NCBI RefSeq assembly: GCF_018398315.1
Contig: NZ_JAHBRW010000002.1
Coordinates: 22,637 to 46,636, forward strand
Source: Chelatococcus sp. YT9
Lineage (GTDB): Bacteria > Pseudomonadota > Alphaproteobacteria > Rhizobiales > Beijerinckiaceae
DNA length: 24,000 nt
Reading direction: 5' to 3'
Shown here: positions 9,079 through 17,050 of the stretch, one piece after another
Position numbering within the stretch: the stretch's first letter is position 1
How the letters are laid out: each line of letters starts with the position of its first letter
Notes under the pieces: generated by a model
The model's database searches: none
What the model saw: only the letters and a program-made list of their open reading frames with translations
What the model was told of the DNA's origin: nothing
Position numbers and translations under genes: made by a program

Positions 9079-10337
9079 AACGGTCTGCGGTTTGGCATCC
9101 ATTCACGCAGCATGCGACCGAACCGGCGCCACTTAAAATCAGGCAGACAGAGGGCGCTTATGTCGTGACATCCGACGAAAGGCGCGTCCTCGACGCGATC
9201 TCATCGTGGTGGGTCATCACCCACGGCCATCGACACCCCAAGATCGCTAATGCAATCCGCACGGCAACCGAAACGCTTGACCAGATGATCTTCGCCGGCC
9301 TAACTCACGAACCCGCGGAAAAACTGGCGTCGGCCCTCGTCGAGATTGCACCTGCCGATCTTGACTGGGTGTTTTATTCCGACAGCGGCTCCACCAGTGT
9401 CGAAGTAGCGCTGAAGATGGCACTCGGCTTCCACCGCAATACTGGCGGCATACGCCACCGCATCATCGTCATGGAGCACGGCTACCATGGAGATACGATT
9501 GGAACCATGAGCGTCGGCGCCCGCGGTGTCTTCAACGCCGCCTACGATCCACTGCTGTTCGAGGTCGACACTATTCCCTTTCCTGCGCCTGGTCGCGAGC
9601 AGGCGTCGCTTGACCGCTTTGAGGCGCTTACCCGCGACGGCCGGGCTGCGGCCCTCATCGTCGAGCCACTCGTGCTGGGCGCCGGCGGCATGCGGATTTA
9701 CCCGCCCCGGGTGCTGACCGAACTGAAGCGTATTGCCGAGAACTCCGGCACTCTGCTGATCGCCGATGAGGTCATGACTGGCTGGGGACGCACCGGTACC
9801 ATGTTCGCTTGCGAACAAGCAGGCATCTCGCCCGATATCCTCTGCACGTCGAAGGGCCTCACGGGCGGTTCGGTGCCACTGGCTGCGACGCTCGCGACCG
9901 ACCAGGTGTTCCGAGCGCATTTCTCGACAGACCGAGCAAAAACTCTCTTCCATTCGAGTTCCTACACAGCGAACCCGATTGCCTGCGCGGCTGCGCTCGC
10001 CAATGTCGAGATCTGGTGCAATGAGCCGGTAGCGAAGCGCGTTTCGGCACTGTCGCGCAAGCAAGCCGAAAACATCGCGCGATTCAACGACGACCCACGC
10101 TTCGAGAATGCACGCGCAATCGGCACCATCGCCGCGCTTGATCTACGCGTGGACAAGCCAGGGTATCTCGCCGAGGTGGGGCCGAAACTCCGCGCGTTCT
10201 TCCTCGAGCGCGGGCTCCTGCTCAGACCCCTCGCCAACGTCATCTACGTGTTGCCACCCTACTGTGTAACCTCTGCCGAACTCGACCGCCTCTATAACGC
10301 CATCGATGAGGCCGCCGAATTAGCGTGCGGCCGATGA
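9075..10337 (+). CDS. bioA: adenosylmethionine-8-amino-7-oxononanoate aminotransferase
   Basis: 420 aa. Class-III aminotransferase with [18 protein letters not shown] and the PLP-lysine context [13 protein letters not shown] overlap with the bioD stop (9075..9078). Confidence 0.93.
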   Translation: MKRSAVWHPFTQHATEPAPLKIRQTEGAYVVTSDERRVLDAISSWWVITHGHRHPKIANAIRTATETLDQMIFAGLTHEPAEKLASALVEIAPADLDWVFYSDSGSTSVEVALKMALGFHRNTGGIRHRIIVMEHGYHGDTIGTMSVGARGVFNAAYDPLLFEVDTIPFPAPGREQASLDRFEALTRDGRAAALIVEPLVLGAGGMRIYPPRVLTELKRIAENSGTLLIADEVMTGWGRTGTMFACEQAGISPDILCTSKGLTGGSVPLAATLATDQVFRAHFSTDRAKTLFHSSSYTANPIACAAALANVEIWCNEPVAKRVSALSRKQAENIARFNDDPRFENARAIGTIAALDLRVDKPGYLAEVGPKLRAFFLERGLLLRPLANVIYVLPPYCVTSAELDRLYNAIDEAAELACGR

Positions 10338-11317
10338 GCTTCGGCACACGGATCTCCGGCTTCGGCCACTTCGTGCCCGATCGTAAGGTCGCGAACGCCG
10401 AGATCGAAGCGATGCTCGGGCTAGGCGCCGGTTGGATCGAGGGCCGCACCGGCATCCGCTCGCGCTTTTGGGCGGAGCCTGACGATACTTTGTCCGGATT
10501 GGCAGCCAGAGCTGGCGACATGGCGCTGAAAGCATCCGGCGTGGTCCGCGACCAGATTGGCCTTCTGTTGCTCGCCACTTCGACGCCCGACCATCTGCTG
10601 CCACCGAGCGCACCTCTTGTCGCCCACAAACTCGGCCTCGCCAAGGCCGGCGCCGTGGACCTCGCCGGCGCCTGTGCCGGGTTCATCTATGCGCTGACCT
10701 TCGCTGACGGCTTCGTCCGTCTCCATAATAAGCCAGCCCTCGTGATCGCCGCCAATATCCTGAGCCGCCGTATCAACCTGGCGGAGCGGGCGAGCGCGGT
10801 CCTGTTCGCCGACGCAGGCGGAGCCGTGGTGCTCTCGCCCTGCGACAGCCCGGAGCGCGGCATCCTTGGCGCGTCAGTACTCGCCGATGGCGCCGGATAC
10901 GACCTGATCCAGATCCCGGCGGGTGGCAGCAGCTGCCCCTTCACCGCTCAAATCAAGGCTACGGAAACGCAAATGACTATTGCCGATGGTCGAGCGGTCT
11001 TCGCTCACGCCGTCGGGATAATGAGCCGCTGTTCGCAGGAGGCGCTCACCTCAGCCGGACTGGCCGCGACCGACGTCAGCCGCTTCGTACCGCACCAGGC
11101 CAATGCTCGCATCTCCAAAGCCGTCTGTAAAACCCTCGGCATTGCCGATGATCGGACCATCAAAACTATCGCCGACTTTGGCAATTCCTCCGCCGCCACG
11201 ATCCCGCTGTCGCTCTCCCTAGCCCATGCAAGGCAGTCATTCCGACCTGGCGAAAAGGTACTGCTTGCAGCCGCAGGAGCGGGCTTGACTGGCGGAGCCC
11301 TGATAGTCGGTATGTAA
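10334..11317 (+). CDS. bioZ: FabH-like 3-oxoacyl-ACP synthase III, BioZ-type (pimeloyl-ACP precursor synthesis)
   Basis: KAS III fold with Cys-His-Asn triad contexts [16 protein letters not shown] and [10 protein letters not shown]. It is the last gene of the bio operon, as in bioBFDAZ of Rhizobiales. ATG 10334 forms an ATGA overlap with the bioA stop. The GTG at 10325 in the ORF track is an alternative start. Confidence 0.8.
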   Translation: MSFGTRISGFGHFVPDRKVANAEIEAMLGLGAGWIEGRTGIRSRFWAEPDDTLSGLAARAGDMALKASGVVRDQIGLLLLATSTPDHLLPPSAPLVAHKLGLAKAGAVDLAGACAGFIYALTFADGFVRLHNKPALVIAANILSRRINLAERASAVLFADAGGAVVLSPCDSPERGILGASVLADGAGYDLIQIPAGGSSCPFTAQIKATETQMTIADGRAVFAHAVGIMSRCSQEALTSAGLAATDVSRFVPHQANARISKAVCKTLGIADDRTIKTIADFGNSSAATIPLSLSLAHARQSFRPGEKVLLAAAGAGLTGGALIVGM

Positions 11318-11677
11318 TAAGCTGACATGTATTCGACGATCTGGGTGCCTCGAAGCACCGGTGTCGGCAAAGCCAGATTTCCCCAGCACGGCGTGCCGGC
11401 GCGAGCGACCCTCATAGTTCCTCGTCCTGCGCGCTGTGGCCGGCAGTCGCAGCGCCTGTAGGCTTTCGCGACATCGATAGCTTTTCGTGCCGTCGGACCT
11501 CACCGGCCACTCCCAACGTACCTTGCCCCCAAGCACGTGATAACCCTTTGCTTTCGAATGACTTCGCGCACCTCCTCACAGCGCGGCCGTGGGTTCTCGC
11601 CACCGCGACGGGACGATGTAACGCTCTGCCGCGTGAAAGAGCAGGGTCGACGACATTTTAAGCTCAAAAAGAATGAA

Positions 11678-11700
11678 ATTTCATGCATAATCACTGTCGC
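11678..11700 (+). promoter_or_regulatory. candidate promoter/operator motif upstream of the ABC operon (copy A of a shared motif)
   Basis: atttcatgcataatcactgtcgc. 17/23 positions are identical to 17362..17384, including the exact 10-mer AATCACTGTC. It contains the -10-like CATAAT and overlaps the perfect palindrome ATGAAATTTCAT (11673..11684). The 10-mer ends 82 nt before the preferred ATG at 11780. Confidence 0.3.
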
Positions 11701-11779
11701 TGGTTCCGCCCCATAGGCAAGCTGGCGGAAAGAGGCGATGATCGCCCGGCAGAGGGGACATAAGGGAGCGTGGATCGAC

Positions 11780-12835
11780 ATGATCGGGATTCAGCAGAAG
11801 CAGCGCGGCTGGGCGCTCGGCAAAGGTATCACACTCGCGTGCGCCATCGCCGCGTCGGCAGCGGGGCTCGCGACGGCCAGCGCGCAAACCATTCCGACGA
11901 TTCGCGTAGGCTGGACCGTTCCGGCCGAGGACGCGAAATACTGGATGATGAAGCGTCCGCAGGAATTCCCCAATCTCGGCAAGAAGTATAACGTCGAGTG
12001 GGTGCAGTTCCAGGGCACTGCGCAGATGGTCCAGGCAATGGCAGCCGGTGCGCTCGACTGTTCGACCCAGGGCGTCCTGTCGCTCGCGCAGGGCGCCGCT
12101 TCCGCTGGCCTGCAGACCTACATCGTCGCCCAGCATGTCGGCGAGAAAGCGCCGGGGAGCTTTTCCGTGTATTGGGCTGTAAAAGAAGACAGCCCCATCA
12201 AATCCGTGAAGGACTTCAAGGGTAAGACCATCGGCCTCAATGTGCTCGGAACGGGGATCTGGGGGCCGCTCGCCATCGCGCTGAAGAAGAACGGGATCGA
12301 TCCGGACAAGGACGTCAAGCTCGTGGAAGCGGCGTTCCCCACCCAGGAAGACGCCATCAGAACCGGCCGTCTCGATATCGGCGTGCTCAACCAGCCGTTC
12401 GCCGCGCGTGCGGAGGCGAAGGGTGGGCTGCGCAAGGTCTTCTCGATTTCCGAGGAAATTCCCGACATTGTCCATATCCTCGAGGCCTGCAGCAAGACCT
12501 TCGTAGATAAGAACCCCGAACTTGCGGCGCTCTATGTCGAGGATCTGACCGCGGGCATGGGCAAGGCGCTCGCCAACCGTGATGAGACCTTGAAAATCGT
12601 CACGGAGATCTTCAAAGCGCCTGTACAGGTCTTTGATCCATTCTACTTCAAGGCGCGCGCATCCAATGATGCGCCATTGGGTTCGGCGGATTTCGCGCGT
12701 GATCCCGGTGCGGCTGCCAACTACGATGGCATCCAGGCCATGTTCAAGCTTTACTATGATGTCGGCATGCTGCCGAAACAGCTTGACGTAAAGGACTTCA
12801 AGCACGCCAAGATTTTCGCGCCACTCAAGCCATGA
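11780..12835 (+). CDS. ABC transporter substrate-binding protein, NitT/TauT (SsuA/TauA/NMT1-THI5-like) family
   Basis: From ATG 11780 the protein begins with a classical signal peptide, MIGIQQKQRGWALGKGITLACAIAASAAGLATASA/QT. The mature part (IRVGW..., KGKTIGLNVLGTG..., NGIDPDKDVKLV) looks like SsuA/NMT1-type binding proteins. The upstream ATG at 11738 would add 14 aa to the n-region. Confidence 0.85.
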   Translation: MIGIQQKQRGWALGKGITLACAIAASAAGLATASAQTIPTIRVGWTVPAEDAKYWMMKRPQEFPNLGKKYNVEWVQFQGTAQMVQAMAAGALDCSTQGVLSLAQGAASAGLQTYIVAQHVGEKAPGSFSVYWAVKEDSPIKSVKDFKGKTIGLNVLGTGIWGPLAIALKKNGIDPDKDVKLVEAAFPTQEDAIRTGRLDIGVLNQPFAARAEAKGGLRKVFSISEEIPDIVHILEACSKTFVDKNPELAALYVEDLTAGMGKALANRDETLKIVTEIFKAPVQVFDPFYFKARASNDAPLGSADFARDPGAAANYDGIQAMFKLYYDVGMLPKQLDVKDFKHAKIFAPLKP

Positions 12836-13671
12836 GCCATGCAGAACTGATGCAACAACGGATCGCGACCGGGGAGCGGAACGCGTTGCCTCAACCCTCG
12901 ATGATCTCCATCGAGAGCGTGTCGAAATTCTTCGACACGCGGCGCGACAGGCGCCATCTTGCCTTGAGCGAGATAACCCTCTCCGTCGCACGTGGCGAAT
13001 TCGTTTCGATACTAGGGCCTTCCGGCTGCGGGAAGTCGACGTTGTTGTACATCGTTGGCGGCTTCGTGCAGCCGTCTGCGGGGCAGGTGCTGGTCAACGA
13101 CCGCCCTGTCGAAGGGCCGGGGCCGGACCGGGGACCCGTCTTCCAGGAATTCGCGCTCTTCCCGTGGAAGACTGTGCTCGGCAATGTGACCTACGGGCTT
13201 GACCAGCGCGGAGTGCCGAAAGCGGAGGCCGTGGCGCGCGCGCGGGAATTGCTCGCCATGGTCAGCCTCTCCGGGTATGAGAACTTCTACCCGAAGGAAC
13301 TGTCGGGCGGCATGAAGCAGCGCGTCGCGATCGCCCGCACGCTCGCCTACAAGCCCAATATTCTTCTCATGGACGAGCCTTTCGGCGCACTCGATGCGCA
13401 AACGCGCACGCGGTTGCAGAACGATCTACTGAAGATCTGGGACGAGGATCGCAAGACCGTGCTGTTCGTCACCCACAGCGTCGAGGAGGCGGTGTTCCTG
13501 TCCGACCGCGTGGTGATGATGTCGCGCTCGCCGGGCCGCATCCAGGATATCATCGACATCGACCTGCCGCGCCCGCGCGATCGCGCTTCGCTCCTCCTCG
13601 ACCGGCGCTACCAGGACTATGTCGTCAGCATCGAGCGGATGATGGACGCCCAGACCGGGGACCACGCGTGA
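12832..13671 (+). CDS. ABC transporter ATP-binding protein (NitT/TauT family)
   Basis: Walker A GPSGCGKST, signature LSGGMKQR, Walker B LLMDEPFGALD, H-loop FVTHS. ATGA overlap with the binding-protein stop (12832..12835). Confidence 0.9.
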   Translation: MSHAELMQQRIATGERNALPQPSMISIESVSKFFDTRRDRRHLALSEITLSVARGEFVSILGPSGCGKSTLLYIVGGFVQPSAGQVLVNDRPVEGPGPDRGPVFQEFALFPWKTVLGNVTYGLDQRGVPKAEAVARARELLAMVSLSGYENFYPKELSGGMKQRVAIARTLAYKPNILLMDEPFGALDAQTRTRLQNDLLKIWDEDRKTVLFVTHSVEEAVFLSDRVVMMSRSPGRIQDIIDIDLPRPRDRASLLLDRRYQDYVVSIERMMDAQTGDHA

Positions 13672-14453
13672 TGGGGCGGGTGACTTCCATGCCCGCACTG
13701 GCCCCGCTCATTGCTTGCGCGGGCATCCTTGCCATCTGGGAGCTCCTGTCGCTCTACTTCGGCCTCGACGGCCTGCCACCCCCCTCGGTGGCGCTGTGGC
13801 AGGTGCCTGTCATCCTCACCGACCCGCAATCGCTCTTCGATATCGCTGATTCCCTGCGGCGCATGGCCATCGGCATCGCGCTGGCGCTCGTCTTCGCCAT
13901 CCCTGTCGGCCTCTGGATGGGCCGCAGCCGTCTGGCGGCCGCCTTTTTCAATCCGCTCCTCTCGGTCATTTACCCCGTGCCTAAGGCGGCCTTGATGCCC
14001 ATCGTCATGCTGTGGCTGGGCGTTGGTGATGCCTCGAAGATCCTCGTCATTTTCCTCGGCGTCACCCTGCCGCTGATCTACCACAGCTATCAGGGCAGCC
14101 GGGCCGTGGAGGAGAAGCTTCTCTGGTCGGCCGCGGCCATGGGCATGCAACCGACCGCGCGGCTTGCCCGCATCGTCCTGCCCGCCGCCTTGCCGGAAAT
14201 CCTCGTGGGCTGCCGCACAGCGCTCGTGCTGGGGCTGATCACCATGGTGACGAGTGAGATGATCGCGCGCCAGACCGGCATTGGCAATCTTGTCTTTCAA
14301 TCACTCGAGATGGGCATCTACGACACGGTCTATGCGATGATCGTCATCATCGGCGCACTCGGCTTCATCCTTGATGCGCTGTTCGAGAGGCTGCGCGGCT
14401 GGCTTGTCGGCTGGGCGGAACCCGCGCAATCCATTGTCGTGGGCTCCACATGA
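13668..14453 (+). CDS. ABC transporter permease (BPD_transp_1 type)
   Basis: 261 aa, multi-pass hydrophobic protein with an EAA-like loop (SAAAMGMQPTARLARIVLPAALPEI). The start is either GTG 13668 or ATG 13671; both overlap the ATPase stop at 13669..13671. Confidence 0.85.
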   Translation: MMGRVTSMPALAPLIACAGILAIWELLSLYFGLDGLPPPSVALWQVPVILTDPQSLFDIADSLRRMAIGIALALVFAIPVGLWMGRSRLAAAFFNPLLSVIYPVPKAALMPIVMLWLGVGDASKILVIFLGVTLPLIYHSYQGSRAVEEKLLWSAAAMGMQPTARLARIVLPAALPEILVGCRTALVLGLITMVTSEMIARQTGIGNLVFQSLEMGIYDTVYAMIVIIGALGFILDALFERLRGWLVGWAEPAQSIVVGST

Positions 14454-15223
14454 ACGCGCGTTCTTCGCAGGCTGTCGTCGGAGTGCTCGGCGCGCTCCCC
14501 ATCGTCGGGCTTCTCGTCCTCTGGCAGGCCATCCACGCCTCCGGCATCGCTCCGCCAGCGCTGCTGCCCTCGCCGGTGGCGGTCTTCACGCGGTTTTTCC
14601 AACAGCTAGGTGACGCGAGTTTCCTGCAGAATGTCGGCGTGACGCTTTACCGGCTCTTCGTGGGATTCGCCGTGGCGGCGATCATCGGCATCGCCGCCGG
14701 GGTCCTGGCGACCGGCAGTAAGCTGTTCGCAAGCTTCCTGCTGCCGCTCGTGCGAGTGCTCGCGCCCGTGCCGAAAATCGCGCTGTACCCCGCCTTCACG
14801 CTGACGCTCGGTTATGACGATGCCTCGAAGATCGCCCTGGTGATCGCCGACGCGCTCTTTCCCATCCTGCTCGCCACGTATCAGGGCACGTCAGCCGTGG
14901 AGCCTAAGCTTGCATGGTCGGCCCGTGCAGCCGGGGTGTCGCAACTGCGCACCTTGTTCACCGTGGTCTTGCCCGCAGCCCTTCCCTCGGTGCTGACAGG
15001 CTGTCGCATCGGCCTTGTCATCTCGTGCATCGTGGTTTTCCTCGCGGAGATGATCACCTCGACGGACGGCCTCGGCCATCTCCTGATGCGCGCGGCGCGC
15101 AATTTCCAGACGGTCGACATGTTCGTGCCGCTGATCGCGATCTCGATCCTCGGCCTCCTCCTCAATGCGGCTTTCAACGCCCTGCGGCGCCATCTCCTGC
15201 GCGGATTTCCCGAGGAGAAATAG
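14450..15223 (+). CDS. ABC transporter permease (second, paralogous)
   Basis: 257 aa, hydrophobic, with an EAA-like loop (SARAAGVSQLRTLFTVVLPAALPSV) paralogous to the preceding permease. ATGA overlap at 14450..14453. Confidence 0.85.
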   Translation: MNARSSQAVVGVLGALPIVGLLVLWQAIHASGIAPPALLPSPVAVFTRFFQQLGDASFLQNVGVTLYRLFVGFAVAAIIGIAAGVLATGSKLFASFLLPLVRVLAPVPKIALYPAFTLTLGYDDASKIALVIADALFPILLATYQGTSAVEPKLAWSARAAGVSQLRTLFTVVLPAALPSVLTGCRIGLVISCIVVFLAEMITSTDGLGHLLMRAARNFQTVDMFVPLIAISILGLLLNAAFNALRRHLLRGFPEEK

Positions 15224-15226
15224 TCG

Positions 15227-15721
15227 CTATCGCCGTGTACGCTCGGCGCACTCGCGGATCAGGAGATCGAGCGCCTTGAGGATCATGGCGCGCTCCTCCG
15301 GCGTCAGCGGTGCCAGCATGGCGGTCTCATGCTCCTTGGCCGCCTTCAGCATCGGCACCGCTCGCGCCCGTCCATCCGCGGTGAGATGGATGAGGACGCG
15401 GCGTCTGTCGCGCGTGTCGGCACGCCGCTCGACAAGTCCCTGGCGCTCCATGCGATCGAGAATCTTGGTCATGCGCGACTGGCCCATGATGGCCATGGCC
15501 GCAAGATCGCTGACCCCGAGGCCCTCGGCACCCGTGAGGCAGGCCAGAACCCGATATTCGGGCACCGATAGTTTCCAGGTCTTGAGCTTCTGGTGAAAGC
15601 CGCTCGCAACAAGATGGCTCGCGCGGGCAAGGAGATAGGACAGATAGGTCGCAGCGAAGCTGTCGGACGGGTTCTCCGCGGAAGGCGATGCGATCGTGAT
15701 CTCGTCCGTTGCGTCCTGCAT
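15227..15721 (-). CDS. MarR family transcriptional regulator
   Basis: 164 aa. Winged-helix core LSVPEYRVLACL...GLGVSDLAAMAIMGQSRMTKILDRMERQGLVERRADTRDRRRVLIHLTADG is a textbook MarR fold. Its stop codon lies 3 nt from the convergent permease stop. Confidence 0.85.
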   Translation of the reverse strand: MQDATDEITIASPSAENPSDSFAATYLSYLLARASHLVASGFHQKLKTWKLSVPEYRVLACLTGAEGLGVSDLAAMAIMGQSRMTKILDRMERQGLVERRADTRDRRRVLIHLTADGRARAVPMLKAAKEHETAMLAPLTPEERAMILKALDLLIRECAERTRR

Positions 15722-15876
15722 GCGTCCTATCCAGCGGCCCTTCTGTACGGCCTATTCCTTTTCATATAGTCTTTATCCAAGCATGGCCTGCGCATAGGGG
15801 CTTGTCCATCGTCTCGCGCTGCTCGTCTTGGCCGGACCATCGCCGCTGACGCGATCGAGGCCCAGGTGAGGTGGCA

Positions 15877-15894
15877 TTTGGACCATGATCCAAA
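15877..15894. promoter_or_regulatory. 18-bp near-perfect palindrome, candidate MarR operator
   Basis: TTTGGACCATGATCCAAA; 8 of 9 symmetric base pairs match. It lies in the marR / nicX-like divergent intergenic region, 110 nt from the nicX-like ATG and 156 nt from the marR ATG. A related half-site, TTGGTCATGG, sits at 15903..15912. Confidence 0.35.
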
Positions 15895-16003
15895 GCACGA
15901 GCTTGGTCATGGCGATAATTTGCGACGGAACTGGCGGATCACTCAAAGAAAATGATCGATGCATTCGCCGAAACGAAGTGCATCTTACACCAAGGGATTG
16001 CCG

Positions 16004-17050
16004 ATGCTTGCGGATCGTATCGAGGGAAAGTGGATCGACGCCTTCACGGAGGTGATAGGGCGTTGCGGGGTCAAGCCCGGAGAGACGGCCGCCATCCTGT
16101 CCGAGACCCAGTCACGCCCGTTGAACGTGCATCTTGCCGAGCTTGCGCTTCTGCGCCTCGGCGCCCGCCCCTTCCACATCGTGCTGCCAACACCGCGCAA
16201 TCCTCATCCCGTACCAGTACGGTCCACCGGCGCCAGCACGGCGATCGGAGGGCTGGAACCGGTTATCACGGCGCTGTCGCAGGCGGGCTTCATCGTCGAC
16301 TGCACGATCGAGGGGCCGATGCATGCGCCGGAAACGCCGGCGATCCTGAAATCAGGAGCGCGCATCCTGTCCATTTCCAATGAGCATCCGGAAGCCCTGG
16401 AGCGCATGCGCCCGGATCCCGTCCTCGAGCAGCGGGTCCGCAATGCCGCGCGTATGGCGCGCGCCAGCCACCGCATGACGGTGACGTCGACCGCGGGCAC
16501 CAACCTCACCATCGACATGACGGGCGCATCGACCGTCGGCATTTGGGGCTGGACGGAGAAGCCCGGCACGTTGGCTCATTGGCCCGGCGGCATCGTCGTG
16601 AGCTTCCCGGCCAAGGGCACCGTGAATGGAACGCTGGTGCTCGACCGTGGCGATATCAACCTGACTTTCAAACGCTATCTGGAATCACCGATCCGCCTGA
16701 CGCTCGCGGATGACTACATCACCGACATTGCCGGCGATGGCACCGACGTTGCCCTGATGCGTCGCTATCTCGAAGCCTGGGGCGATCGCGAGGCCTATGC
16801 GGTCTCGCATGTGGGCTGGGGCATGAACCCCGGCGCCCGCTATGAGGCCTTGACCATGTATGATCAGCGGGACACCAACGGGACGGAGCTGCGTGCTGTG
16901 CCCGGGAATTTCCTGTTCTCGACCGGCGCCAACGAGTTCGCCGGGCGCTTCACGGCCGGACATTTCGACATCCCCGTGATGAACACCACCATCATCCTCG
17001 ATGAAACCGTCGTCGTGCAGCACGGCGTCCTGCAGGACGTGTTCGGCTGA
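16004..17050 (+). CDS. NicX-like protein (2,5-dihydroxypyridine 5,6-dioxygenase / aminopeptidase-T-like fold family)
   Basis: The C-terminal half (HWPGGIVVSFP, GTLVLDRGDINLTFKRY, VSHVGWGMNPG, GNFLFSTGAN, GHFDIPV) aligns by eye with my recollection of P. putida NicX (HWPSGF.., GTLVLDVGDIILPFKNY, ISHIGWGL, GNFLFSTGPN, CHLDIPL). ATG 16004 lies 6 nt after AAGGGA and gives 348 aa, close to NicX length. The ORF-track start at 15959 adds 15 aa. Confidence 0.75.
   Translation: MLADRIEGKWIDAFTEVIGRCGVKPGETAAILSETQSRPLNVHLAELALLRLGARPFHIVLPTPRNPHPVPVRSTGASTAIGGLEPVITALSQAGFIVDCTIEGPMHAPETPAILKSGARILSISNEHPEALERMRPDPVLEQRVRNAARMARASHRMTVTSTAGTNLTIDMTGASTVGIWGWTEKPGTLAHWPGGIVVSFPAKGTVNGTLVLDRGDINLTFKRYLESPIRLTLADDYITDIAGDGTDVALMRRYLEAWGDREAYAVSHVGWGMNPGARYEALTMYDQRDTNGTELRAVPGNFLFSTGANEFAGRFTAGHFDIPVMNTTIILDETVVVQHGVLQDVFG

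Noticed and set aside
11344-11359. GGTGC-ctcgaa-GCACC hairpin 27 nt after the bioZ stop, as a possible operon terminator
   Set aside because: Only a 5-bp stem with no U-tract; too weak to call a terminator.
11681-12991. 436-aa minus-strand ORF antisense to the ABC binding-protein gene
   Set aside because: The + strand protein has a signal peptide and a family-typical sequence. The minus ORF is Arg-rich, has no motifs, and would span the promoter region.
13617-14300. 227-aa minus-strand ORF antisense to permease 1
   Set aside because: A highly charged Arg/Asp/Glu/His-rich translation opposite a clear multi-pass permease; a high-GC artefact.
15937-15946. GATCACTCAA upstream of the nicX-like gene as a possible third copy of the AATCACTGTC motif
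   Set aside because: Only 6 of 10 positions match, with no flanking similarity; not distinguishable from chance.
15773-15964. 63-aa minus ORF in the marR / nicX-like intergenic region
   Set aside because: No SD or motifs, and it occupies a region needed for two divergent promoters; considered spurious.
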